Below, piece after piece: positions 16,713 through 26,225 of a DNA stretch of 47,220 nt. Position 1 is the stretch's first letter. Every line of letters begins with the position of its first letter. This stretch comes from Candidatus Arcanibacter lacustris. Its GTDB lineage: Bacteria > Pseudomonadota > Alphaproteobacteria > Rickettsiales > Arcanibacteraceae. The translations under genes were made by a program, and so were the position numbers. The stretch lies in the NCBI GenBank assembly GCA_000970895.1, contig JYHA01000087.1:1-47220 (forward strand), in the 5' to 3' direction. The notes below the pieces were generated by a model, which had not been told where the DNA came from, ran no database searches, and saw only the letters and a list, made by a program, of their open reading frames with translations.

Positions 16713-17633
16713 TTATAAATCGATGTAATTTACCAGAGTCAGTTGACTCATCATGTTTAGTAGTTTAAAAGACGCCATTAAAATATTAGTGTTACTAGAG
16801 GCCTTAATCATAGCGGTTGGAAAATCAGTATCATTAGCCTCGCTTATAATTTGGGTGATAGTTAATTTCTGATTTTGAAAACTAGTATTAGCAGAATTAA
16901 TGGTAACTGTATTATTTGCCATATTAGATCTAAGAGATGTCAAATCTGTCACGATCTTATTAATAGTATCCATAGATTCTGAAAGTGCTTTAGTGTCATT
17001 TTTTTTGTCAGCAGTAATTAAGTTATTGGCACAGGCTATTAAATCCTGAAAAACTTGATTATCGGCAGTAACGCCGTAATTAATATTTATTGTATCAGTT
17101 ACTTGAGCATTGAGAATTGTATCATTGCCTTGATAATAATTGCTAGTAGCAGTTCCATTTAATACATTACTTGTTGTGCTAAGATGTACAACTGGTTCAA
17201 TATTTGTTGCTGTTCCTGAGAATAAATATTTACCTTCAAGATTTATATTCAAAGAATTTTCAATGGTAGGTAAGTAAGTATTTCTAATAAGATTTGTAAG
17301 TTGGATGGAGTCACCAGCAGTACTAAGTCTTGTTGTAAGATCTTTTTGCATGCCTTGGGCCATAGCAAGAACATTATCCATAGATAAAATCATGGTGTTT
17401 AGTCTATTTAACACATTGTGATTGTTATTTGTGTAATTGGTTATTTGTTGTAAATTTTCTTTTAATGCAATATATCCATCTACTGCTCCATTATTATTAT
17501 ATAATCCTAGATAAGTATCGGCTATCTGTCCAGATGAAATTTGCTGCTGTTGTACGGCTAAGCTTGATTGAGCAGCTAATATATTATTAATACTATTTTG
17601 ATAATTAGCATAAGTACTGATTTGGTCTACCAT
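16713..17633 (-). CDS. flgL: Flagellar hook-associated protein 3 (FlgL)
   Basis: Flagellin-like N and C termini (…INNILAAQSSLAVQQQQISSGQ; …DTDFPTAMIKASSNTNILMASFKLLNMMSQLTLVNYI). About 300 aa and immediately downstream of flgK. Confidence 0.85.
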   Translation of the reverse strand: MVDQISTYANYQNSINNILAAQSSLAVQQQQISSGQIADTYLGLYNNNGAVDGYIALKENLQQITNYTNNNHNVLNRLNTMILSMDNVLAMAQGMQKDLTTRLSTAGDSIQLTNLIRNTYLPTIENSLNINLEGKYLFSGTATNIEPVVHLSTTSNVLNGTATSNYYQGNDTILNAQVTDTININYGVTADNQVFQDLIACANNLITADKKNDTKALSESMDTINKIVTDLTSLRSNMANNTVTINSANTSFQNQKLTITQIISEANDTDFPTAMIKASSNTNILMASFKLLNMMSQLTLVNYIDL

Positions 17634-17648
17634 AATAACTCTCCTTTT

Positions 17649-20510
17649 CTATTTAATAGATGAAAGTAACGTATCATATAATCCCATAATGAGGGACATC
17701 ATTTTTGATGATGCTTTATAAGCATTCATATATTGCATACTACTTGCTATTTCTTGATCTAAATTAACTCCGCCAACCGCGTCCATCATAGTGCCTAGAG
17801 TATTATATACAGAATTTTGCTCCGTTAAATAGTCACTTGCATTTTGAGTTTGTACTGTGTTGTAACTAAGTATCAATGAAAAATACCCAAGTACGGTATT
17901 AGTCATTTTTGGCAAATAACCAGCCTGATTAAAATTAACTGCCTGACTTCTTAAAGAAGCAAAAGAATTTATGGATTCATTTGATCCAATAGCAATTCCA
18001 TATGTCCATGGTTGTACATTAACTGTAACTTGATGGTTAGTGCCGCCTGCTAAATAACCATTTGGCGTTATAGAGTAACTTTCATTATTTACACTCACTT
18101 GGGCTGCAACAAAATTACCTGAAATAGCATAATTATTCCCTATTATACCAAGATTTCCATAAGTTATGGTTAATAAATCTATCGCATCTGAAGTATAAGC
18201 AGCTTTGCTTACTGTGCCAGAAGTATAAGCATTAGATGCATTTAATGCAGTTGCAATATTATCTAATGTAATGCCTAAGTTAGCACCAACAGTAATTTCG
18301 GAATTACTAACGGCACTTGCAACGAAACTAAAAACCTGACTATCAATAGTAATAGTATCTCCAATAGATGGGTTGGCATTAAATTGCATAGTTGCTTTTG
18401 CAGCAGTTAAGCCTTGCGAAACTGTTTGGGGAGCAGATGGAGATCGAACTATCTTACCAGTTGATATTAAGATTGGGTTAGCTAATATATCGCTACGTAG
18501 CTGAAGATTAACCGCAGAGCCAGTAACCGCAGCATTAGTAGTTCCAGAAATGGTGTTGGAATTACGTACAAAAAAATCATTTAACTCATAATATGTTGCA
18601 AATCCTTTGTTAGTACCAGTAACTGCATTAACTGAATAAGGAGAACCAGCTCTTAGCCCCTTATCTTTGCTATCTATATCATCCATTATGATGCCATATT
18701 TGCCATTAACAGTGCTGATTTGCAAGAATCCACTATTCCCAGGCGAAACTGGCTTTCCTTTTGCATCTACTATTTGGGCTGTTGCTATTCCATTGATAGC
18801 AGCAGCTACAGTAAATGTTGCATCGCCACTTGCGGTTATTGGTTGATATCTGGTATTTTGAACTGCAGTGGATCCTGGGTTGTCATTTACTTGATATTGT
18901 ATAGTGCCAGATGAAATATTACCATTTGTATCAGTATTCTGTACTGTTACTGAAATAGTATAAGGTCCTCCACTTCCTCCTGCAAAACTAACAGTAAATG
19001 GAGCTCCTGTTCTTGATCTTGATCCTGCAGTGCTTCCTGCTGCTGCAGGAAGTGATGAAGTTAGTCCAGTACAGCCACCTGAGACTGTAACTGCTGTAAT
19101 TTGTACGCTTGAGCTAACTTGGGAATCATTTTGAATATCTAGATCAAAACTCATAATTCCACCAGGCTCTGTAGATAAATTAGAGGCAGCTGCTAATTTA
19201 ACATCATATAAATTGCCAATAGAGGCTTTATTTTGTATGAAGTCATTATGAAAATACTGATTTATTTCATTGACGATTGTTTGAGTAGTCATTTCACCAG
19301 CTAATCCACCGCTTGCAATTTTATCAAAATTAAGTAGCAAAGGAGGGAGTGGAGTCTTATCGGGTCTTAAGATTGGATTGCCATTATTATCTAGAATTGC
19401 TATTCTTGATGTTCCTGTAAAATCTCTACCATCTGTATTAGTAACTGGTCTAGTGCCAGTAAGGCTGGTTGCAGGAGGTATTCCTCCTCCTGAATTATGA
19501 ATAGCATTAAATTGTTCGGTCAAACTAGTTGCTAGCACGTCTAATTCATCAATAATTTGTGGAATTTTAACATCGCGTAATTGTTGAAGTGCTGCTAATT
19601 TTCCAGATAAGATATTTGTAGTAACATTTGATGAGGTGCCGCCTGATTCGCTAACGCCTCCTGAAATATAAACAACGGATAAATCACTAATACTACCATC
19701 ATTATTTAGTCTGGATACTGTAACTGGGCCAAATCTTGTATTGTTAATAATGCCTTGAAGTGAGCTTGATTGAGCATACTGCATGATATATTTACTTTCA
19801 TTAAGTAGCTCTTGTCCTGCTGCTGCACTAATTTGCACTGTACCATTTTGAGCAATATAGACATTAATATCCAATTCTTTTGCTAGTGAATTAAGCAACA
19901 TATCTCTAGTTTCTAATAGATTACTTGTGTCATTGCCAAGATTAAAGCCTATAGCTATTGAATCATTATTATACGATAATTGCCCTAGTAAGCTATTAAT
20001 ATTATTAACACTAGTTCCTATTTGTTGATCTGCATCATAGCGTAATTGATGTAAATTTTTTGCTAGATAATTGATATTTTCAGCGATAACATTAGCCTGA
20101 TTCACTACATTAAGTTTTAAGGAAGAAAGTTGTGGATCTAAAGATAGAGAATCTAGCGATGTAAATAATCCAGTGATATTATTTGCCAATGAATTCGTGC
20201 TATTCGGATCGCCAAATAAATTTTGGATCCTGCTGTAAAATAAGCTAAGAGTGTCGGCATTAGCAACATTTGATTGTTGTTTTCTGGCATCAGCAATAAG
20301 ACTTTCATTGACGCTTCTATAAATAGAGGATACTTCCACACCGATAACGGTGTCGTTTGATGATATGCTGGAAAGTTCGGCTATTCTTCTAGAGTAATTT
20401 GGGTTATTAACATTCGAGATATTGTTTGCAACAACATTTAATACTTGTTGATTAGCATTTAAGGCCGTTAATGAAGAGTTTAATGCGCTATCTAAGCTAT
20501 ATGTTACCAT
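17649..20510 (-). CDS. flgK: Flagellar hook-associated protein 1 (FlgK), enlarged form
   Basis: N-terminal rod/hook motif ALNANQQVLNVVANNISNVNNPNYSR and FlgK-type C terminus VNLDQEIASSMQYMNAYKASSKMMSLIMGLYDTLL. It is 953 aa, with a long G/S/T/N-rich centre. Confidence 0.9.
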   Translation of the reverse strand: MVTYSLDSALNSSLTALNANQQVLNVVANNISNVNNPNYSRRIAELSSISSNDTVIGVEVSSIYRSVNESLIADARKQQSNVANADTLSLFYSRIQNLFGDPNSTNSLANNITGLFTSLDSLSLDPQLSSLKLNVVNQANVIAENINYLAKNLHQLRYDADQQIGTSVNNINSLLGQLSYNNDSIAIGFNLGNDTSNLLETRDMLLNSLAKELDINVYIAQNGTVQISAAAGQELLNESKYIMQYAQSSSLQGIINNTRFGPVTVSRLNNDGSISDLSVVYISGGVSESGGTSSNVTTNILSGKLAALQQLRDVKIPQIIDELDVLATSLTEQFNAIHNSGGGIPPATSLTGTRPVTNTDGRDFTGTSRIAILDNNGNPILRPDKTPLPPLLLNFDKIASGGLAGEMTTQTIVNEINQYFHNDFIQNKASIGNLYDVKLAAASNLSTEPGGIMSFDLDIQNDSQVSSSVQITAVTVSGGCTGLTSSLPAAAGSTAGSRSRTGAPFTVSFAGGSGGPYTISVTVQNTDTNGNISSGTIQYQVNDNPGSTAVQNTRYQPITASGDATFTVAAAINGIATAQIVDAKGKPVSPGNSGFLQISTVNGKYGIIMDDIDSKDKGLRAGSPYSVNAVTGTNKGFATYYELNDFFVRNSNTISGTTNAAVTGSAVNLQLRSDILANPILISTGKIVRSPSAPQTVSQGLTAAKATMQFNANPSIGDTITIDSQVFSFVASAVSNSEITVGANLGITLDNIATALNASNAYTSGTVSKAAYTSDAIDLLTITYGNLGIIGNNYAISGNFVAAQVSVNNESYSITPNGYLAGGTNHQVTVNVQPWTYGIAIGSNESINSFASLRSQAVNFNQAGYLPKMTNTVLGYFSLILSYNTVQTQNASDYLTEQNSVYNTLGTMMDAVGGVNLDQEIASSMQYMNAYKASSKMMSLIMGLYDTLLSSIK

Positions 20511-20525
20511 GATTATTACCCCTGA

Positions 20526-20990
20526 TTAAATATAGTTTTGCAAACTAAATGCGGGTAATTCAGAAGTTGATTTAAATCTATTGCCATAACTTCCCCCACT
20601 ATTATATCCTGATTGTTTCTTTGATTCTTTTATAAAGGCATCTTTCAGACAATCTAAAATTTTATGATTAACTTCGATAGATACAGATAATCTACTTAGA
20701 TTTTCTTGCATTTGAATTTTTAATTCATCTTGTAGTATTTTAGATTGTTCTATTTTTTTTCTGTCGAAGCTCTTACTAAGCTCAGGATTTTGTTTTAAAG
20801 ATTTTTGGCAATTGCTCAAAAAATCAATCAAGTCACTTTTTTGAGGTTGTAATGTTTCTAATTCGCTGATCTTTAGCTCAGATAAGTAATTATTTTCTTG
20901 ACGCAAAAGAGATATTAAAACATTAGTTGATTCAATAAAATCATCTAAATTCATTGAATCATTTTGATCAATAGTATTTGTTTCACTCAT
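20526..20990 (-). CDS. FlgN-like flagellar export chaperone (tentative)
   Basis: Small all-helical acidic protein (LISLLRQENNYLSELKISELETLQPQKSDLIDFL...) directly upstream of flgK, which is the usual FlgN position. No strong motif. Confidence 0.45.
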   Translation of the reverse strand: MSETNTIDQNDSMNLDDFIESTNVLISLLRQENNYLSELKISELETLQPQKSDLIDFLSNCQKSLKQNPELSKSFDRKKIEQSKILQDELKIQMQENLSRLSVSIEVNHKILDCLKDAFIKESKKQSGYNSGGSYGNRFKSTSELPAFSLQNYI

Positions 20991-21354
20991 TTCTTACCAC
21001 TCCCTCTAAAGGTATGTTATTAGCTTTGGTTAATTGCTTTTCAACCATTTTTGCTATTCCAAATGATCCAGATTTACTTATCTCATCACACATAGCATTG
21101 ATCATCATGGTTTTATAAATATCGTTAGCACTGCTTTCCTTATTAACCAATGGATCTATTTGTACATTTGCATAAATCATGCCAACATACTTAGATAGAA
21201 TAAAAGACTCCATTTCTATTGATGCTTTCTTGATTGATACGAGGTCTTTAAACGATTGATTTGAATTGCTTTGTATGTTTTGAATTTTATTATTTTCTTT
21301 GTGCAAAGCTACAGTATTTATCAAATTATTACTTACCGTGTTAAAGTCTGCCAT
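20983..21354 (-). CDS. Rod-binding protein (FlgJ N-terminal domain only / CheL-like)
   Basis: KKASIEMESFILSKYVGMIY and DIYKTMMINAMCDEISKSGSFGIAKMVEKQL fit the Rod-binding domain. No muramidase domain is present. The ATG at 21354 is preferred over the TTG at 21360. Confidence 0.65.
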   Translation of the reverse strand: MADFNTVSNNLINTVALHKENNKIQNIQSNSNQSFKDLVSIKKASIEMESFILSKYVGMIYANVQIDPLVNKESSANDIYKTMMINAMCDEISKSGSFGIAKMVEKQLTKANNIPLEGVVRNE

Positions 21355-21446
21355 GATCAACTTTGTCCTAATTTAAAAATTAACTAAGCAATAATTGCCT
21401 AGTAAATATGTTAACTCTTGCTGTATCAGTCCCTTTTTCTTGAATA

Positions 21447-21643
21447 CTTCCCAGGTTGTCATCCTTCGGCTAGAAGCTCTTTGGCCTTTAGGCCTTAGAG
21501 TTTCTTGACCGGAGGACCCATCAAAAAAATCAATTTAATTTTGATTTAGTTAATTTAAAAATGGGTCCTCCGGTCAAGGGCGAACTAATCTCACCTCTGG
21601 TTCGATAAGTTCTTCTAGCCGAAGGATGACAGCGTGGGGAAGC
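21447..21643. repeat. Multi-nested palindromic element inside the flagellar block
   Basis: Perfect 20-bp arms TGTCATCCTTCGGCTAGAAG (21457-21476) and CTTCTAGCCGAAGGATGACA (21612-21631). Inner 18-bp arms CTTGACCGGAGGACCCAT (21504-21521) and ATGGGTCCTCCGGTCAAG (21561-21578). Also contains GGCCTTTAGGCC (21483-21494) and an AT palindrome at the centre. Confidence 0.85.
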
Positions 21644-21702
21644 CACCTCTTTCTTATCTTGTAATTAGCACGCTTCAGAATCGCAAACTACAATACCCCT
21701 CC

Positions 21703-22800
21703 CTATCTATTCTCTATATCGGCCTGCAGCGCTCCCACCGCCTTAATATTTTGCAAGATATTAATTAAATCTCTAGGGCCAACGCCAAGAGCATTCAAAC
21801 CATCAACTAAATCATGAAGATTAGATTTTCCATCCAATACTTGCATTTTTTTACCAGGATCAGCAACAGACACGCTGGATGTTTGAGTTGTTTTAGTTTT
21901 GCCATGCGATAAAGAATGTGGCTGAGTTACATTTGTTTGTTCGGTAATAGTAACAGTTAGATTTCCTTGCGATATAGCAACAGGGCTAATTCTTACATTG
22001 TCACCCATTACAATAGTACCGGATGCTTCATCGATGATAATCTTAGCTGAAGAATCGGGGTCGATTGTTAGTTGCTCTAATTCTGATAATAAAGTTACGA
22101 TATTTTCTTGTTGATTGCTTGAGATGGATAATTCTACCGTTCCAGGATCTAGTGCTTTAGATAATTTACCGCCTAAATGACGATTAATTACACTTGCGAT
22201 GTTAAAAGCTGTAGTCATATCTGGGTTACGCAAAGATAATTTAATATTATTCATAGAAGAAAAATCAAAATTGATTTCTTTTTCAACTATAGCGCCATTT
22301 GGAATGAAACCATTAGTCGTTACGCCCTTATTGATAGCTGTTCCATTTTTACCAGAAGCTGCAAATCCTCCGAGTGATACTTGTCCTTGTGCCACCCCAT
22401 ATACTTCACCATCTGCACCAAGAAGTGGTGTTGCAAGTAATGTTCCACCTTGTAAGCTTTTAGCATCTCCTAATGTACTAACTGCAACATCAATTTTATT
22501 ACCTTGTCTGCTAAAAGGAGGAAGGGTGGCAGTTAAAGTTACTGCTGCAAGATTTTTGGTTTTTAAATTAGCGCCCCGAGTATTGACACCTAATCTTTCT
22601 AGAAAATCTACAAGACCTTTTTGAGTAAAAGAAGAGTTGCTAAGATTATCTCCAGTTCCATTTAAACCAACCACAAGACCGTAACCAACTAGTAAGTTAT
22701 CTCTAATGCCTTCTACTGTAACAATATCTTTTATTCTGATAGCAGCATGTGCTTCTGTGATGAAAAATAAACCTAATATTAATGAAAGAATTTTATGCAT
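21703..22800 (-). CDS. flgI: Flagellar P-ring protein FlgI
   Basis: Signal peptide MHKILSLILGLFFITEAHA, then RIKDIVTVEGIRDNLLVGYGLVVGLNGTGD and the C-terminal LVDGLNALGVGPRDLINILQNIKAVGALQADI. Confidence 0.93.
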   Translation of the reverse strand: MHKILSLILGLFFITEAHAAIRIKDIVTVEGIRDNLLVGYGLVVGLNGTGDNLSNSSFTQKGLVDFLERLGVNTRGANLKTKNLAAVTLTATLPPFSRQGNKIDVAVSTLGDAKSLQGGTLLATPLLGADGEVYGVAQGQVSLGGFAASGKNGTAINKGVTTNGFIPNGAIVEKEINFDFSSMNNIKLSLRNPDMTTAFNIASVINRHLGGKLSKALDPGTVELSISSNQQENIVTLLSELEQLTIDPDSSAKIIIDEASGTIVMGDNVRISPVAISQGNLTVTITEQTNVTQPHSLSHGKTKTTQTSSVSVADPGKKMQVLDGKSNLHDLVDGLNALGVGPRDLINILQNIKAVGALQADIENR

Positions 22801-22861
22801 AATTTTTATCTATCCTTATATTTTACTATTAAACATCAGTTAGAGTTAAAAAATAGTAAAT

Positions 22862-23779
22862 TTATGGAATAATTTTACTAGGGTCTCCTTGAACTTTCAT
22901 AGACATATCATTTGGTGTTGCTTGCTTTTGGAAAGGAAACAATGAATTACGTAGTAAGGTTAAAGAGATCCTAATGTTAGAAACAGAATTAGGATGATCT
23001 GGATCTATTGGTTCTTGATCTGCTTTTCCTATGATTCTTTCTATTTGCTCCGGATCCAGCCATCCATCTACTAAAAATATCCTTGTTGCATTTGCGCGTT
23101 TTGCTGATAGTTCAAAATTATCTAGAGTGTTGGCCGCTGGTATTAAGTCTTTGCTTGTATAGCCAGATATAGCAACATAATTGGGTAAGAATTTAATATA
23201 TTTAGCAACAAGTATTAGAATTTTTTTAGTATAATCTTGCAAGGTATAAGTGCCTGGTATAAACATCGGTCTTTTATCTTGATCTAATAATTGAATGCGC
23301 AAACCCTCAGGTGTCTCATCTATTTTAACGCTATTTAGCATGTTTTGAGTATCAGGGTTATCATGAATTGCTTTGTATAAGTCTTTTGAAACAGAGCTAA
23401 AATTTTGAGCGTCAATTTTCTCATTATTTTTCTGTGCAGTTTCTGGCACTTTAACAACGGTGCCTTTGTACTCAGAACCATAAATGATGGCATCATTGCC
23501 TTTGGTATTTTGGCTAGTATTAACAGCTCCTGCTGAAGTTGCGGCTTCGAAACCAATGCCTTTCATATCTCTTAAGCCAATACTTGGAGTAAAATAATCT
23601 GCTATTCCTTGTAATTTTTTTTGTGGTTGAGAACTAAGCAACCAAAGAAGCAAGAAAAATGCCATCATTGCAGTTACAAAATCTGCATAAGCAACTTTCC
23701 AAGCTCCTCCATGATGACCATGGCCACCTTTTTTAATTCTTTTAATAACAATAGATGGTTTTAAACCATTATCAGCCAT
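22862..23779 (-). CDS. motB: Flagellar stator protein MotB
   Basis: GAWKVAYADFVTAMMAFFLLLWLL (channel Asp plus TM segment) and a C-terminal OmpA-like region (NFELSAKRANATRIFLVDG). Starts 6 nt downstream of the motA stop. Confidence 0.9.
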   Translation of the reverse strand: MADNGLKPSIVIKRIKKGGHGHHGGAWKVAYADFVTAMMAFFLLLWLLSSQPQKKLQGIADYFTPSIGLRDMKGIGFEAATSAGAVNTSQNTKGNDAIIYGSEYKGTVVKVPETAQKNNEKIDAQNFSSVSKDLYKAIHDNPDTQNMLNSVKIDETPEGLRIQLLDQDKRPMFIPGTYTLQDYTKKILILVAKYIKFLPNYVAISGYTSKDLIPAANTLDNFELSAKRANATRIFLVDGWLDPEQIERIIGKADQEPIDPDHPNSVSNIRISLTLLRNSLFPFQKQATPNDMSMKVQGDPSKIIP

Positions 23780-23785
23780 ATCAAA

Positions 23786-24637
23786 TTATTCCTTATTCAA
23801 TTCTGCTTCCACTTCTTTGAAGCCTGGTCTTTCATGCATTGGCATAGTTTTTCTAATATATTCGACAGAGATGGTAGGTGAGTTGCCTTGTAAATGAGAA
23901 ATTAATCCTGATTTTATACATCTTAAAAATACTCCTTGAGCCTCTGTAAATTTTGACATAAATGAACCAATGGGAGCGATGATACCATAAGATAATAACA
24001 CTCCAGTAAATGTACCAACTAATGCTGCTGCAATTAATCCTCCTAGCACTTCTGGAGGCTCTGAAATACTTTTCATAGTAGTAATAACCCCAAGCACGGC
24101 TGCTACAATTCCAAGAGCAGGCATCGCATCGCCCATGTTAGTTACAGCACCCGCAGCAGTAAGTCCTTCGTGATGATGAACCTCCATGTCTCTATCTATC
24201 ATATCTTCTATTTGGTAATGATCTGCTACTCCCATCACTAAAAGGCGCAAGCAATCACAAATAAAATCTGTCACATGATGATCATGTAATATTAGGGGAT
24301 ATTTTTTAAACAACTCACTTTCATGAGGATTATCAATATGCGCCTCTATAGCTAGTGATCCTTTAGTTTTCATTAGTTTGAATATGAAGAATAGCAAGCA
24401 TAGAGCTTGTAGATAATGTTTCTTATTATATGGCTTGCCTTTGAACAAACATTTAAGACCCTTTAAAGAATCCATGATAGTATCTTTTGGATTAGAAATA
24501 ATAAACGAACCAATAGCAGCGCCAATAATAATCACAAACTCATTTGGTTGCCATAATACACCCATCTGTCCATGATGCATGAGATACCCAGTTACTACAG
24601 AACCAAATACCACAAAAACTCCAACTAAAAATAACAT
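23786..24637 (-). CDS. motA: Flagellar stator protein MotA
   Basis: Four TM segments of the MotA/TolQ/ExbB type: GDAMPALGIVAAVLGVITTM and PEVLGGLIAAALVGTFTGVLLSYG. Confidence 0.9.
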   Translation of the reverse strand: MLFLVGVFVVFGSVVTGYLMHHGQMGVLWQPNEFVIIIGAAIGSFIISNPKDTIMDSLKGLKCLFKGKPYNKKHYLQALCLLFFIFKLMKTKGSLAIEAHIDNPHESELFKKYPLILHDHHVTDFICDCLRLLVMGVADHYQIEDMIDRDMEVHHHEGLTAAGAVTNMGDAMPALGIVAAVLGVITTMKSISEPPEVLGGLIAAALVGTFTGVLLSYGIIAPIGSFMSKFTEAQGVFLRCIKSGLISHLQGNSPTISVEYIRKTMPMHERPGFKEVEAELNKE

Positions 24638-24753
24638 ATGAACCTTATGCCTATCAAAAAAGTTTTTACTTACAATTTAATGACCAAAAGCATATAATGA
24701 AAAGATTAAAAAACTCTTATCTAAAAAAATATTTAATTAGGATCTAATAAATA

Positions 24754-25239
24754 GTGAGTATCAATAGCCTAGAATTTAGAAAAACTTTAGCAAATTTGGC
24801 TTCAAGCGTATGTATTATTAGTACGGTTTTTGAGGAAGAAATACATGGGATTACTATTAGTTCTTTTACTTCTCTTTCCTTAGATCCTCCTATGATATTA
24901 TTTTGTTTGGGAAAACATTCAAAAAAATATCAATATTTTCAAGATACAAAATTGGTAGGAGTTAGTATTTTAAATTCATCTCAAGACTATTTATCAAATA
25001 ATTTTTCTAGAAACCACGAAAATTATTGGGACTCGGTTGATATTATGTTAGGAGAGCAGTCAAAATGCCCTATTATCAAAGATTCTTTGGGTTTCCTTGA
25101 ATGTGGGATCGAGGCTAAATATGATGGGGGAGATCATACAATCTTTACAGCCAAAGTGATAAATCATGGCAAGTTAAATGATTTTAGCCCATTGATCCAT
25201 TTTAGAAGTGAATATTGGGCAATTAATAGCAAAGAATAA
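24754..25239 (+). CDS. Flavin reductase-like (FMN-binding split barrel) protein
   Basis: GTG start. FRKTLANLASSVCIISTVFEEEIHGITISSFTSLSLDPPMILFCL and GDHTIFTAKV fit the flavin reductase domain. Confidence 0.7.
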   Translation: MSINSLEFRKTLANLASSVCIISTVFEEEIHGITISSFTSLSLDPPMILFCLGKHSKKYQYFQDTKLVGVSILNSSQDYLSNNFSRNHENYWDSVDIMLGEQSKCPIIKDSLGFLECGIEAKYDGGDHTIFTAKVINHGKLNDFSPLIHFRSEYWAINSKE

Positions 25240-25446
25240 TCTAACACAGTTCGTGATAAGAGAGGGACGTCATCTAGAACCGTTTTAAACAGACGTAGTG
25301 TCTCTATTCTATATTTAATAATATATCATGAATCATATCTATTATGGAAGTACATGAAAAAATATTTTTTATATATATTGCCTTGAATTGGGTTTTTTTA
25401 TCAGCCTAATCGATAATATATAATTCAGGTAATAATTGCCGCATCT

Positions 25447-25896
25447 TTAAGGAGTGGTAAGTTTAGGAAAGTCATCTCCCATATTACTGATCTCCATAGA
25501 TTCCACTGTATAGATAGCTTGGAAACTCATACCCCTAGAGCTATATTTTTCATTGATGAATTCCTGAAAGCGTTCTGCGAAATCTAATGTTTTATATAAG
25601 TCGTTCCCTGTAATGCCCATCAAGATTTGTTGAGATACCGAAATAGGAAATTCTGGATTATTACTACTATACGATTCTATTAAATTTTCTGACATATCAG
25701 TAACTTCAAAATTGTCCTTAACCTCGCTTATTATCATATTAGAAATAGATTTTAGGTAATTTTCTTTTAATGGATTTAAATTTGTTGCTTCGATAACAAA
25801 TTTAAAAGTCGCAGTAGGATGTTTAAATATGGTGCTAAATAATTTATAAGCCATTAGCTGTTTGTTTTTATACAAAGAAAAGTATTTATTAATCAT
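25447..25896 (-). CDS. Hypothetical protein (orphan, no motif recognised)
   Basis: Uninterrupted 149-codon ORF isolated by spacers of 207 bp and 365 bp. Coding status rests on length only. Confidence 0.4.
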   Translation of the reverse strand: MINKYFSLYKNKQLMAYKLFSTIFKHPTATFKFVIEATNLNPLKENYLKSISNMIISEVKDNFEVTDMSENLIESYSSNNPEFPISVSQQILMGITGNDLYKTLDFAERFQEFINEKYSSRGMSFQAIYTVESMEISNMGDDFPKLTTP

Positions 25897-26027
25897 ATTA
25901 TCTCCTTGGTTATATTTTTATCAGGTTTTTCACAATAAAGAATATTTGTTTACAAGTAAATCTTCTTTTTATATTTGTAAATTTCTCTGCATATATGGTA
26001 AATCAACTTGAATTAGGGAGCTTTATG

Positions 26028-26225
26028 ACCCCAATTTTACTTCCTCTGGCAAGGAGATCTTAGACCTTAGGGATTCCCCTGAAATTTTGTTCCAAAGACT
26101 ATACCACGAACAGCTTTTGCGAATTTTGTATGGGCAAGAATGGATGGGGATCTCTAAGGTCCAAGATTTTCTAAAAGTCCTAAAGGACTAAGAAAATCTA
26201 GCCAGAAGAAGTCAGGATTGGGGGG
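26028..26225. repeat. Nested palindromic repeat (family 2, CCCCAAT..CTGACTTCTTCTG type)
   Basis: Outer arms ACCCCAATTTTACTTCCTCTGGC (26028-26050) and GCCAGAAGAAGTCAGGATTGGGGG (26201-26224). Inner arms AGGAGATCTTAGACCTTAGGGATTCCCC and GGGGATCTCTAAGGTCCAAGATTTTCT. Extra hairpin AGTCC-TAAA-GGACT. GCTTTA occurs next to both ends. Confidence 0.8.

Noticed and set aside
21388-21398. Possible sigma54-type GG/GC promoter or operator (GCAATAATTGC) upstream of the rod-binding gene
   Set aside because: On the coding strand the GG to GC spacing is two nucleotides shorter than the TGGCAC-N5-TTGC consensus. An 11-bp AT-rich palindrome alone is not significant in this composition.
24638-24753. Possible FliA (sigma28) promoter upstream of motA (TAAA ... 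GGCATAAG on the minus strand)
   Set aside because: It matches only a few consensus positions (TAAA-N15-GCCGATAA) and the spacing is uncertain. This is not enough to call in AT-rich DNA.
25264-25312. Imperfect inverted repeat AGAGAGGGACGTC ... GACGTAGTGTCTCT after the flavin reductase gene, considered as a terminator or degenerate family 1 repeat
   Set aside because: The stems are only 5+5 bp, interrupted by an asymmetric internal loop and a 20-nt apical loop. The similarity to the GTCATCC repeats is limited to GACGTCATC.
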